Under the pieces are notes generated by a model that saw only the letters and a list, made by a program, of their open reading frames with translations, was not told the DNA's origin and did not search any database. The position numbers and the translations under genes are program-made. DNA of 64,000 nt from Squalus acanthias (lineage: Eukaryota). Shown piece by piece: positions 48,847 through 61,271 of this stretch; the first letter of the stretch is position 1; every line of letters starts with the position of its first letter. The stretch covers positions 53,012,001-53,076,000 of the forward strand of contig CM059438.1 in NCBI GenBank assembly GCA_030390025.1, in the 5' to 3' direction.

Positions 48847-49944
48847 TAATAGGCCTTGTTAGAGATGCTAGGGGGACAAGGGGGGGGCGGGGGGGGGGGA
48901 TTTTAACCCCCAAGGAAGGATGGATTGGGGGCAGGTGGGAGGTAAAAATTGTAAAAATCTCAAACCCGACCTAACCTGCCCACTTCCGGTTTTAACGGAG
49001 GTGGATTGAGGGGTGGGCAACCAACCGGCTGTCAGTAGACGGGTCGGTCACTTAAATCTTTTAAAGGAGGCTGTATGCCTCCATTTTAACAGGATTTTTA
49101 TTTTTAACACATGGAGGCCGGGTTTCCCGGGGCACGGGAATCCCAGTAGGTAAAAGGAATGAAGAAGGACCATGAGGTAAATGAATTACAGCACTGCTTG
49201 TGGGCAAGGAGGAGGAGTGCTTCCTTCAGGCCCAACAAGCTAAACCCTTTACAGATCCTGTGATCTCCTACTCCCCAACCCCACCATTTGTCTGGCTGTC
49301 TGCAAATCCTGCCCACCCCCCCCGCCACCCCCACTCTCTTCGCAGACCCCAGTAAATATTGGGGCATAATTTAGAGTTGTTTGTCTCTGTGTCAGAAATT
49401 ATAGTTCTAGAAGCAGAGTCTTTCCCTTATAGATTTATCAGAGGAAATGAGAGTCGCGGACATCACAGGTGGTAAATGCACAGGCTGCTGGAAACCTTAT
49501 GTTACAGTTGCTGAGCTCAGTAGCAGGGTCTCAACCATCAAATTTCCCCTTACATCTCTGTAACTTTGCTGTACCAGAGTTTGTGGGGTCAGTAGGATGC
49601 AGCAGGTGGGGGGGGTGCTTCAGGCATATTTCTGGTGCCTGCCTGCCTCATGCTGCCGGAAGCTCTGGCCCTGCTCCACTTTAAGAGGTTTTGCTCAAGC
49701 TCCCTCATCACAACCCCAGCACAACTATGACCAGCCCCCTGAGCAAGCTGGCTGCAGTTGCCAAAAATATTCTTTTCAATTCTTAAGGAGTTTAGGCCAC
49801 TTGCCTGCCTGGATCAAAGGTGGGACTCACATGTGCCCTTATGGCGGCTGGCACATTTCCACTCACTGTACCACCAGATTCTTTTGCGTGTCCAGTAGTA
49901 GGAACTTCCAGGTTATGGAGTCCCCTCTGCCAGCCCATCATTTG

Positions 49945-51220
49945 CGAGGGCACTTAGAAAATAATAATAGGATTGGGCAGAGTCAAGACAGATTTATGAA
50001 AGGGAAATCATGTTTGACGAATCTGATAGAGTTTTTTGAAGTTGTAACTAGCAGGGGGAACCAGTGGATGTGGTGTATTTGGATTTTCAGAAGGCATTCG
50101 ATAAGGTGCCACACAAGAGGTTATGAAACAAAATTAGGGCTCATGGGATTGGGGGTAATATACTAGCATGGATTGAGGATTGGTTAACGGACAGAAAACA
50201 GAGAGTAGGAATAAACGGGTCATTTTTGGGTTGGCAGGCTGGAACTAGTGGGGTACCGCAAGGATCAGTGCTTTGGCCTCAGCTATTCACAATCTACATC
50301 AATGATTTGGATGAGGGGACCAAATACACTATATCCAAGTTTGCTGATGGGAATGTAAGTTGTGAGGAGGATGCAAAGAGGCTTCAATGGGATATAGACA
50401 GGCTAGGTGAGTGGGCAAGAACATGGCAAATGGAAAATATGGAGAAATCCACTTTGGTAGGAAAATTAGAAAAGCAAGTATTTTTTAAATGGCGAGAGAT
50501 TGGGAAATATTGGTGTTCAGAGGGACCTGGGTGTCCTTGTACGCGAATCACTGTAAGTTAACATGCAGGTACAGCAAGCAATTAAGAAAGCAAATGGTAT
50601 GTTGGCCTTTATTACAAGAGGATTTGAGTATAAGAGTAAAGAAGTCTTACTGCAATTATATAGGGCCCTGGTGAGACCACACCAGGAATATTATGTACAG
50701 TTTTGGTCTCCTTACCCAAGGAAGGATATACTTGCCATGGAAGGTTCACCAGACTGATTCCTGGGGTGGGGGGATTGTCCTATGAGGAGAGATTGCGTAG
50801 ACTAGGCCTATAGTCTCTAGAGTTTAGAAGAATGAGAGGTGATATCATTGAAACATACAAAATTCTTACAGGGCTTGACAGGGTAGATGCAGGGAGGATG
50901 TTTCCCCTGGCTGGGGAGTCTAGAACCAGGGGTCACAGTCTCAGAATAAGGGGTCGGCCATTTAGGACTGAGATGAGGAGAAATGTCTTCACTCAGAGGG
51001 TGGTGAATCTTTGGAATTCTCTACCCCAGAGGGCTATGTAGGCTCAGTTGTTGAGTATACAGAGATCGATATATTTTTGGATATTAAGGGAATCAAGGGA
51101 TATGGGGATAGTGCAGGAAAATGGAGTTGAGGTAGAAGATCAGCCATGATCTTATTGACTGGCGGATCAGGTTCGAGGGGCCGAATGGCCTACTCCTGCT
51201 CCTATTTCTTACGTTCTTAT
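49945..51220 (+). mobile_element. CR1 RT/3' end
   Basis: [21 protein letters not shown] and tail. Confidence 0.92.
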
Positions 51221-51427
51221 TAGGGGGCAGATGGAAGCTCCAGCCCTTACGGACACTAAAGAAACTCCTGGAAATGGCAGAGACACAGCTTAATCAGATC
51301 TCCACTGTTTCTCTAGGGATTTCGCAGGTTTCCCAGCAGAATTATGGTGCGAGACCAGAAGAACTCCGAGGAATTTCAGACCCACTGGTAGAAAAAGTTA
51401 AATTAATTTATTCACTGAAATTATGGA

Positions 51428-52165
51428 CTGCTGTGAGGGCAACATCCACTATAAACCCACTGACTTCCACAGCTACCTTGACTAGACTTCCTCCCACCCC
51501 GCTTCCGGTAAGGACGCTATTCCATTCTCCCAGTTTCTCCATCTCCGTCGCATCGGTTCTGACGATGCCACTTTCCATTCCAGTGCTTTCGATATGTCTT
51601 CCTTTTTCCTCAACCGAGGATTCCCCTCTACCGTGGTTGACAGGGCCCTCGACTGTGTCCATTCCATTTCCCGCACTTCTTCTCTCACTCCTTCCCCTCC
51701 CTCCTAGAACCACAATAGGGTCCCCTTGTCCTCACCTTCCACCCCACCAGCCTCCACATTCAACGGATCCACCTCCAAACATATCTTCCCCTCCCCTTTC
51801 AGCATTCTGAAGGGACCATTCCCTCCATGACCCCTGGTCCATTCCTCAATCACCCCCAACACCCCCACCCCTTCCCATGGCACCTTCCTGTGCAAGTGCA
51901 GGAGATGTAATACCTGCCCCTTTACCTCCTCCCTTCCCACCGTCCAGGGCTGCAAACACTCCTTTCAAGTGAAACAGCGATTTACTTGTACTTCTTTCAA
52001 TTTAGTATACTGTATTCGTTGTTCATGATGCGGTCTCCTCTACTTTGGGGAGACCAAATGCAGATTGGGTGACCGCTTTGCAGAACACCTCTGTTCAGTC
52101 CGCAAGCATGACCCTGAGCTTCCGGTTGCCTATCACTTTACTCCGCTCCACTCCCACTCTAACCT
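51428..52165 (+). mobile_element. Penelope-like element fragment (RT thumb + GIY-YIG endonuclease)
   Basis: HYKPTDFHSYLD...AIPFSQFLHLRRI, CKCRRCNTC, and LVYCIRC..CGLLYFGETKCRLGDRFAEH. Confidence 0.88.
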
Positions 52166-52189
52166 CCCTGAGCAGGAAGTAGGTCTCAA

Positions 52190-52830
52190 TCTACAAGATG
52201 AGCATGCAGAGGTCATGAGGGAAGATCAGAGAGAAACTGGAGAAAGATGCGAGGTCAGGGCTAGGGCAGGGGGGGAAACTTAGAGGAGGTTTGGCCCAGT
52301 GGGCTAGGAGAAGGAAGGGAAGTGGCAGAGGCAGCTGATCGGATGGTCTCAATCTTAGAGACAAAGAAGTCCACAAGTTCCTCGCATTTGTTGTTGGAGG
52401 TGAGGGTGGAGGAGACGGGTTTAAGAAGACGGTTAGCAGTAGAGAATAGAAGCATGGGATTACTTTTGCATTCTACAATGATTCTGGAATAGTGAGCAGT
52501 TTTGACAGACGAGAGCAGGATCTGATAATGCTTTATGTGGTCCAGCCAGATCTGGCAATGAATGGCTAAACCAGTTGCCCGCCGTATCCATTCAAGCCTG
52601 CGTCCCTTGGACTTAAGGGAGCGAAGATGAGGGCTGTACCAGGGGGAACAGCCAGGGTGAGAGAGAGTAATTATTTTAATAGGGATTAGGGCATCAAAGG
52701 TGGTGGTGAGGGTGTGGTTAAGCAGATCGGTAGCTGCAGAAATGTCGTGGTGAATGGAGGGCCAAAGGCTGGACAGTTGGGATTTCATAAGTGCAGTTGT
52801 AAGAGAGTTGGGAGAGAGTTTTTTCCATGG
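52190..52830 (-). mobile_element. L2-clade LINE fragment
   Basis: Overlaps the L2 sequence at 34200-34345; SPWYSPHLRSLKSKGRRLE. Confidence 0.85.
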
Positions 52831-52839
52831 ATGAAGTTA

Positions 52840-53918
52840 CCACATATTTAGTTAAAGAGAAAATAGAAGTAGCCAGCTCAGATTTCTGAAAGGATGATTG
52901 TGCCTGACATACTTTACAGAATCCTTTGAGGAGATAATAGACGTGGTAGATGGGGAAATGCAATGGACATTAGGCAAGCCTTTGACAAAGTACCAAATGG
53001 AAGATTACTAGAGAAGATTAAAAGGCATGGAATTCAGGGGAAGATAACAAACTGGATTAAAATTGGTTAGAAGGGAGAAAACAGAGTAGGAGTTAAGGGC
53101 AGTTTTTCCACAGTGGTTGAAATTGGTAGTAGTATCCCTCAGGGCTCAGTTCTGGGGCCACTTCTGTTCACTGTGTATATCAATGATTTGGATATTAGAT
53201 GTCAGAATTTTGAGATGGTACCAAAATAGGAGGTATAGTTAATTTTTTAGAAGACAAAAAAAATCTGCAATGGAATATTAATAAGTTGGAGGAATGGGCT
53301 AAAAAGTGGCAGATGGAATTCAATGTTGGTAAGTGTGAGGTGATGTATTTTGGTAAAAAATAACAGCAGTCATTATACTCTAAATGGAAGTGGAATAGCA
53401 GAGGGACTTGGGGGTAGAGGTTCACAGAACATTAAAGGCAGCACCTCAGGTTGATAAGACTATAAAAACATCGACAGAATTCTAGGTTTTATCTCAAGAG
53501 GTAAACAATACAAAAGCCAAGAGGTAATGATGCGCCTATATGAAACCTTAAAAGACAGAGTACTGTGTGCAGTATTGTGCTTCATGCAATAGGAAGGATA
53601 TTGAGGCTTTAGAGGGTACAACGCAGATTTGCTAGGATGCTACCTGGTATGAGGAAATACAAATACAAGAAAAAACTTTTAAAAATTGGGTCTTTTTAAG
53701 TTAGAATGCATATAATAGAAGTGTTAAAAATTATGAAAGGATGGGACATGGTAGATAGATGCAGACTGTTTTCAGTAATTGATGGGTCTAGAATGAGGGG
53801 CAAGATACAAAATTAAACATAAGAGATTTTGAACTGAAGGCAAGATAAACTTTTTCACACAAAGTGTTCTGAGGTTGTGGCATTCACTTCCAGGGTTAAT
53901 GGTTGAAGCAGAAACTAT
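52840..53918 (+). mobile_element. Old decayed CR1
   Basis: Remnants [18 protein letters not shown] and KWQMEFNVGKCEV. Confidence 0.85.
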
Positions 53919-55281
53919 GGCCTAGATATTAACAGGGGCGGGTTATGTAGGCAGGGGGCGCGGAGATTCAGATGGGAAACTCCGGATTTCCCCGCATGCT
54001 GTGGAGTGGGCGGGGGGAGGGGGGTGCGATCCCAGGGAGGTCCAATCCCCGACCCTGTGGGGGCTCAGATTCCTGACCCTGGGGTCATGTCCAATCCTGG
54101 GGGGGGTCCAGTCCCCGAACCTGGGGGTCTTTGTTCATGTTGCTGTTGTCCACAACATCAGCTGTCTTGGAGCAGCTAAGGCCAAGCCTTTGGTCTGATG
54201 CTGCCTGCCTGATTGCTCTTGCAGCTGTCATGATTGGAGCCAGACCAACACATTGATATTGAAAGGGCTGAAGAACTTGTATCTGGTTTCAGCAACAGCC
54301 AAGATGTGGCTTTTGGCATTGTGGAGGGGAAGTGGACTGAGGACCGCATCTTTAGGTCGAATTGTGGTGAAGGGGAATTTGTTGAAAGAGGGAAACCTGT
54401 ATTTAAAATAAAAACAGCTGATAATTTATTTTAAATGCAGGTTTCCCAGTCAGGACCGCACTCTAGGCTTTGACACCTGTCCTCGAGGCCAGCTTGGGGT
54501 CTGGTTGTAAGACTGGGAGCAATGGGAAGGAGCCAGTTGTGGATCAGAGAGAGAGAAAGGTTTCTCCAACTTTGACATAATGAAACCTGGATTTAAATTT
54601 ATTGCTTATCTGTATTTGAAATACAGGTTTCCCCAAGTAACTGAAGAACTCTTTTTGAGAAATCTGCAGAGCCCTCCGTGTGCTGAGTAACCATATTTTC
54701 CCCCATACTCACCTCCTGTTTCCCCCCCCAACATAAAGCACCCAGTTACACCCCCACCCCATAGAAAATCCCCATTATTATACTTCTGTTGGTGACACCC
54801 ACAACCCCATTCCAGTACCCTCCCCCACTCAGCATCTCTCTCTGCAATTTTCCCACCTTCTGCCACTGTCATCCCTTTGTTGCCACACTCTGCCCCTCTC
54901 TCCATTGCCATGGTCAGCATCGCCTTCCCAGTGCTGCAACATGTAAAAGTCGGATAGGCAGGTGGTGAAGGATAGAATACTAGAACCTAGTTTTCAGTCG
55001 CTTGCCCGACCCAGAAGCTGGAAAATCGAAAAAGACCCTGAAAACTGCTCACAAGTACCTGTTAATAGGCAGTTAATTGCCTTTAATCCATTTCCCGCCG
55101 CTAGGTGTCAGGTCCATTCGCAAATCGGGGACCCAACACTTGGGAAGGTTGTGTGAAGGCAGGATGACAGCGGGTGCGGAATCCGCCATCAATCAAAACG
55201 ACTTTAACCTCTGACCCGCCTCGAAACCAACCTCTGACCCGCCTCCAAACCCGTCCTCTGAGCACCGGCAAAATCGCGGCC

Positions 55282-56035
55282 TGTGTGTCCTCCTCATAAC
55301 TTGCTTTCCCACCTATCTTTGTATCATCAGCAAATTTGGCTACAGTACACTCGGTCCCTTCATCCAAGTCATTAATAGAGATTGTAAATAGTTGAGGCCC
55401 CAGCACTGAACCCTGTGGCACCCCACTAATTACAGTTTGCCAACCTGAAAGTGACCCATTTATCTCGAATCTCTGTTTTCTGTTAGTGCGCCAATCCTCT
55501 ATCCATGCTAATATATTACCCCCAACACCATGAACTATTATCTTTCGCAGTAACCTTTTACGTGGCACCTTATCGAATACCTTTTGGAAATCCAAATACA
55601 CTGCCTCTACTGGTTCCCCTTTATCTGCCCTGCTCGCTACATCCTCAAAGAACTCTAGTAAATTTGTCAAGCACTATTTCCCTTTTATAAAACCATGTTG
55701 ACTCTGCTTGATTGTATTATGATTTTCTAAATGTCCTGCTATCACTTCAATAATCATGTATTCCAGCATTTTCCCAATGACAGATGTTAGGCTAATTGGC
55801 CTATAGTTTCCTGCTTTCTGTCTCCCTCCTTTCTTGAATAGGGGAGTTACATTTGTGGTTTTCCAATCCACTGGGACCTCTCCAGAATGCAGAGAATTTT
55901 GGTTGATTACAACCAACGCATCCACTATCTCTGCAGCCACTTCTTTTAAGACCCTAGAATGCAGGCCATCAGGTCCAGGGCACTTGTCAGCCTTTAGTCC
56001 CATTAGTTTGCCTAGTACTTTTTCTCTAGTGATTT
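55282..56035 (-). mobile_element. CR1 RT fragment
   Basis: GLKADKCPGPDG...FADDTKIGG. Confidence 0.92.
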
Positions 56036-56044
56036 TTTTCTAGT

Positions 56045-56400
56045 TTGCTAGGGTAGACACAGAGAAGATGTATCCACTTGTGGGGGGGAGCAAAACTAGG
56101 AGCCATCAATATAAACTAGTCATTAATACATCCAATAAGGAAATAAGGGAAACTTCTTTACCCAGAGAGTGGTTAGAATGTGGATCTCGCTACCACAGGG
56201 AGTAGTTGAGGCAAATATCATAAAGGCATTTAAGGGGAAGCTCGATAAACACGAGGGAGAAAGATATAGAAGGTTATGCTGATGGGGTTAGATGAAATGG
56301 GGTGGGAGGAGGCGCGTGTGGAGTATAAACACTAGCATGGACCAGTTGGGCCGAATGGCCTGTTTCTGTGCTGTACATTCTATGTAATTCTATGTAATTT
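56045..56400 (+). mobile_element. CR1 3' end
   Basis: NFFTQRVVRMW plus tail. Confidence 0.85.
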
Positions 56401-57682
56401 CTGTGTATTTGTCATTTGAGGTGGGGTTAGATAGTCTGGATGCGGTGCCACCCTAAGAGATAGCATCTGCAACCATGCTTATTCTAGCCATACTGCTGTT
56501 GCTATGCACTTCCTCAGCATTTCCAGTGATCTGTGTAGGAGCGGACCTCTGAGCAGTAATGAGGTGAGTGGAGTGCTATGTAATGGGTACATGCATCCGA
56601 TCCAGCCGCATGTTAAAACTGGACAAAGGCATCTGCTGTATATTTGAGCCAAAGCCTCCATAATAGCGGTGTAAGCATTCATGAGAGATATTCCCACTGT
56701 GTGGATGACCTCTGTCACTAAGAGCTCCAGTACCACTCCACAGTCAGCACCAGACCTCTCTGACCTTGATTGGACCACTGAACTGATTTTCTCTGTTCAT
56801 CTGCCTCTACTCTAAAGACTTTGTGGAGTAGATTTTAACTATCGGGTGGCCAACTGGCATGTGTACTTGTCCATGTAAATAAGGTTTTTCTATGTCTACC
56901 CCTGCGCATATTGTTTCCCAACAGATGTGAACCCACCCCAGCCCCTACTTCCGGCCATCTCTGCAGTCTGTTACACTCTCGCTTTCTCTCCCCCTCTGTT
57001 CTGCATCTGTCACTGATTATCCCCTTTACCTCCCCATTTTCTTCTTTCTGCAACAAGCATTCCTTGGACACAACCTCACTTGATTCTACTTCCTAGGCAA
57101 TCTCTGTCCCTGACACCACCTCAGGCTTGAGTCTCTTTTGAATAAACTCACGGCCTTCCTCTGCTCCATCCTTGATATCCTCCACTGTTTCCATTGTGGC
57201 ACTCATCACTGGCTGTCCCAGAGTAGTAACCCCCAACTGTTTCATCCCCAACTCCCAATGACCATCCTGCCCAGCTCATTCATTGGGGATTCATCTAACT
57301 AACCTCCCTATACCCGCTTCACCATCTACTGTCTGCATTCCCAGCCCCACCTGGGCCAGATCCCTTTTCAAATTACTGAAATTAGCCCTCCTCCAGTTAA
57401 GTAGTTTTTTGCTTGATTGTACCTTGTCCTTTTCCATAACTATTCTAATCCTTATGATATTATGATTACTATTCCCCAAATGCTCTCCCACTGAAACATG
57501 CTCCAGTATAGTATTGATGCACTTAAGAGGAGTCTTGATGCATAGCCGACGATGAAGAGAATAGAGGGACACAGGGGCTGGGTGGGTAGATGTAATTAGA
57601 GTGGGAAGAGGCTTGTGTGGAATATAAATACCAACATAGACCAGTTGGGCGAAATGGCCAGTTTCTGTGCAGTAGATTCTAT

Positions 57683-58790
57683 GGCTGCGATTTTGCTAAC
57701 CTCAACAGGTCTGTGGCGGGCGACGTCGGTGGCGGGTCCTGACCCCGCTGCTTATCCATCCCGCTCTGTCAAATGAATTTCCCTTAATTGGGCTTGTTAA
57801 GCCCGCCCAGCGTGTTTCCCGGCCAATTAGAGGAAGTGGCTCTGGTGACGTCATTTGATGATGCGTCATCAGCCGGTTTCCCTAAAGGGACAATGTCCAA
57901 ATTTATTTTGACAATTGTGCTGTCAGTGTTCTACAGCATTGAGGTGCTGCAAACACTGACAATGACTGCACAAAGGCACAGGGCTGCACCCAGGCTCTCC
58001 CATGACTCCCTCCATATGCTTATAGAGGGAGTCACAGCACACAGGGAGGTCCTCTTCCCTTCCCATGGGTGGGAGAGACCTCCCCAGGAGATCGACACAG
58101 CCTGGTTGCAGTTGCAGAGGAGGACACAAGCAGGGATGTGGTCAGGAGGACCTGGGTGCAGTGCCTCAAATGTTTCAATGATCTCAGTAGATCACAAAAT
58201 GTTAGTACAAAGCCACACTCAATCTCATCCTGCTGTGCCTCTCATCACATCCCCATCACTCTGCCTTCCCTACCCTACTCCTGCACATCCTTACTCACAC
58301 CAACTTACCTTGCACCTCCACCCATCCCTCTCTCTATTATCACATCTCCATCTCACTAGCCACCCCTCACACTCACCCTCATCCTAGTGCAATCATACCA
58401 TCTAACAACACACAAGAGTAGGCACTTGGGTGTTTTAGCCAATGTTCATGTAAAGTTTCTGTTAATGTGGTGTCAAACATTGAAACCTTTGCGTTCTTGG
58501 ACAGATTTGTGTGCACCTTTGGAAGTGGCTTAGTGAGTTGCAGTGAATGGTGAAACATAACGGTACCCCCCCCCGCAATGGTGATGAGTGTGAAAGGAAT
58601 GGTTTGGTCATTGTAGGGATGCTTTATGGTGTTGGTGTGGGGTGGTGCCAACCTGGCGCATCATGTGGCAGCCAGGATGTGCAGCATCAAGTGAAGTAAA
58701 TCTGGCCATGGTGAGGCCATCCCTGGCCTCCCGGGCAGCAATGTGGTTGGGTGCTGATGCCCTCACCCTCCACACCCTCTCCCTCATTTA
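57683..58790 (+). mobile_element. Harbinger left end with Myb exon 1 remnant
   Basis: Terminus GGCTGCGATTTT; MTAQRHRAAPRLSHDSLHMLIEGV...RRTWVQCLKCFNDL (frameshifted). Confidence 0.8.
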
Positions 58791-59505
58791 GGCCGGAATT
58801 TTCTGGGGGGTCAGCGGGTGCAATCGGTGGCGGGTCGGGTGGGAAAGTTTTTATCTCCACAGTGGATTGGGACCCTGCTGTGAACCCACCGCTGGTGTGC
58901 CTGGTGCTGCTGGTGTTGGGGCTGATCGTGGTGGTTCTGAGGACCAAGGTGGGAGAGTATAAATGATACCCATGCTGATGGAATAGATGGCATGTGAAGT
59001 TGAGATGGCAGAAGCATTCTGTCAATGGTGAGAGAGGTAATGAGGTCAGACTGGATGGAAACCTGTGTAAAGAATTGCAGCATGGTGAATCTGTTGTGGA
59101 AATGCAGTGAGGAACAGCTTGTGGCTGAGGAAAGATATCTCTGTAAGGTGGGAGCTTTTACTTTACATTTGAAGCTGTCAACTCAACAGCTGATTCAATG
59201 GTCACTGAACTCATGCCTCAGCTTGACAGACGTGGTCCACGACTAGCCTGGACCCCATGGGTGAGCTGTCAAATGCAAAAGGTAAGCTGAAAATCATTCT
59301 TAAGTGGCACTAAACAAGCCACTAATTACCTGAATTGGGTACCCTGCCACTGCGTGTCGGGTCTACTCAGCACTGACAGACCAGACATTGGAAAAGTCGC
59401 ATGGCGGTGGGTTCACAGCAGGGTCGCAACCCACTGCGGGAAAAAACACTTTCCCACCCAACCCGCCACCAATCGCACCCGCTGACCCCCCAGAAAATTC
59501 CGGCC
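58791..59505. mobile_element. MITE with ~100-bp terminal inverted repeats
   Basis: 58791-58892 is the reverse complement of 59404-59505 (GGCCGGAATTTTCTGGGGGGTCAGCGGGTG...). Confidence 0.9.
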
Positions 59506-59754
59506 CAGATAATTACTCCCCAAGTCACAATGATTGATATGGCTATCTCAGACCACTACCTCGTCTCCCTTACTATTCACAGCTTCCTACCTCCAACTCT
59601 ACTGACTTCACCCTCCACCCTGGAAAAATTCCCCACCTAGCCACTTCACCAATACAATCTGTATTCACCTCTCTTCACCCCTCCAGACATCGCTTGGCCG
59701 TTGACTTACTGAACAGCATCCTTTTTTGTCTTCAATACACTAATTCCTGCCAAG

Positions 59755-60985
59755 ATTGGGGGTAATATTCTGGCATGGGTGGAGGATTGAGTATCTAACA
59801 GGAAGCAGAGAGTTGGGATAAATGGTTCATTCTTGGACTGGCAACCAGTAGCCAGTGGTGTTCCGCAGGGGTCGGTGCTGGGTCCCCAACTCTTTACAAT
59901 CTATATTAACGATTTGGAGGAGGGGACCGAGTGTAACATATCAAAGTTTGCAGATGATACAAAGATGGGAGGGAAAGTAGAAAGTGAGGAGGACATAAAA
60001 AACCTGCAAGGGGATATAGACAGGCTGGGTGAGTGGGCGGATATTTGGCAGATGCAATACAATATTGGAAAATGTGAGGTTATGCACTTTGGCAGGAAAA
60101 ATCAGAGAGCAAGTTATTATCTTAATGGCGAGAAACTGGAAAGTACTGCAGTACAAAGGGATCTGGGGGTCCTAGTGCAAGAAAATCAAAAAGTTAGTAT
60201 GCAGGTGCAGCAGGTGATCAAGAAGGCCAACGGAATGTTGGCTTTTATTGCTAGGGGGATAGATTATAAAAACAGGGAGGTATTGCTGCAGTTATAGAAG
60301 GTATTGGTGAGACCGCACCTGGAATACTACATACAGTTTTGGTGTCCATACTTAAGAAAAGACATACTTGCTCTCAAGGCAGTACAAAGAAGGTTCACTC
60401 GGCTAATCCCGGGGATGAGGGGGTGGACATATGAGGAGAGGTTGAGTAGATTGGGACTCTACTCATTGGAGTTCAGAAGAATGAGAGGCGATCTTATTGA
60501 AACATATAAGATTGTGAAGGGGCTTGATCGGGTGGATGCGGTAAGGATGTTCCCAAGGATGGGTGAAACTAGAACTAGGGGGCATAATCTTAGAATAAGG
60601 GGCTGCTCTTTCAAAACTGAGATGAGGAGAAACTTCTTCACTCAGAGGGTAGTAGGTCTGCGGAATTTGCTGCCCCAGGAAGCTGTGGAAGCTACATCAT
60701 TACATAAATTTAAAACAGAAATAGACAGTTTCCTAGAAGTAAAGGGAATTAGGGGTTACGGGGAGCGGGCAGGAAATTGGACATGAGGCTGAGTTCGGAT
60801 CGGTCAAGGCCCTGTGGGTGGCAGAGCGGATCCAGGTGCTGACTGGCCGGGTCCTGCTCCTACTTCTTGTGTTCTTTAGATTTGAGGTTAGGATCAGATC
60901 AGCCATGATCTTATTGAATGGCGGAGCAGGCTCGAGGGGCCGATTGGCCTACTCCTGCTCCTATTTCTTATGTTCTTATGTTCTT
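59755..60985 (+). mobile_element. CR1 RT/3' end with doubled 3' tail
   Basis: [19 protein letters not shown] and RRNFFTQRVV, followed by two tail modules. Confidence 0.92.
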
Positions 60986-61271
60986 AAGTCACTCACTATC
61001 TCTCAGCATCATTATTCACCATATTCCCTCCTTTGCACCATTGAGTTTGAGAGCCACAGCTAGAGTGCACTTGGTCTTTTTGTATCCCACTAAACCTTGA
61101 TAGACCATGTTAAGCATAATTGTGCCTCCCTCTCCATGGCCAAATCATCCTACTATTTATTCCAGGACCATCCATGCCTTCTTTTTCTATGAAAAACCAC
61201 CTCCTCAAATCCATTTCCACTGCCTCCTCCACACTCACTTCTAACACCATGTGGGGAGCTCATAACTCTTT

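Noticed and set aside
54020..54130. Short degenerate direct repeats, CRISPR-like at a glance
   Set aside because: No constant repeat/unique spacer pattern, no cas genes, and the context is a eukaryotic MITE.
54574..54610. DIMKPGF resembles the ABCG2 GIMKPGL exon
   Set aside because: Wrong strand, no Walker A follows, and it is part of a hairpin repeat.
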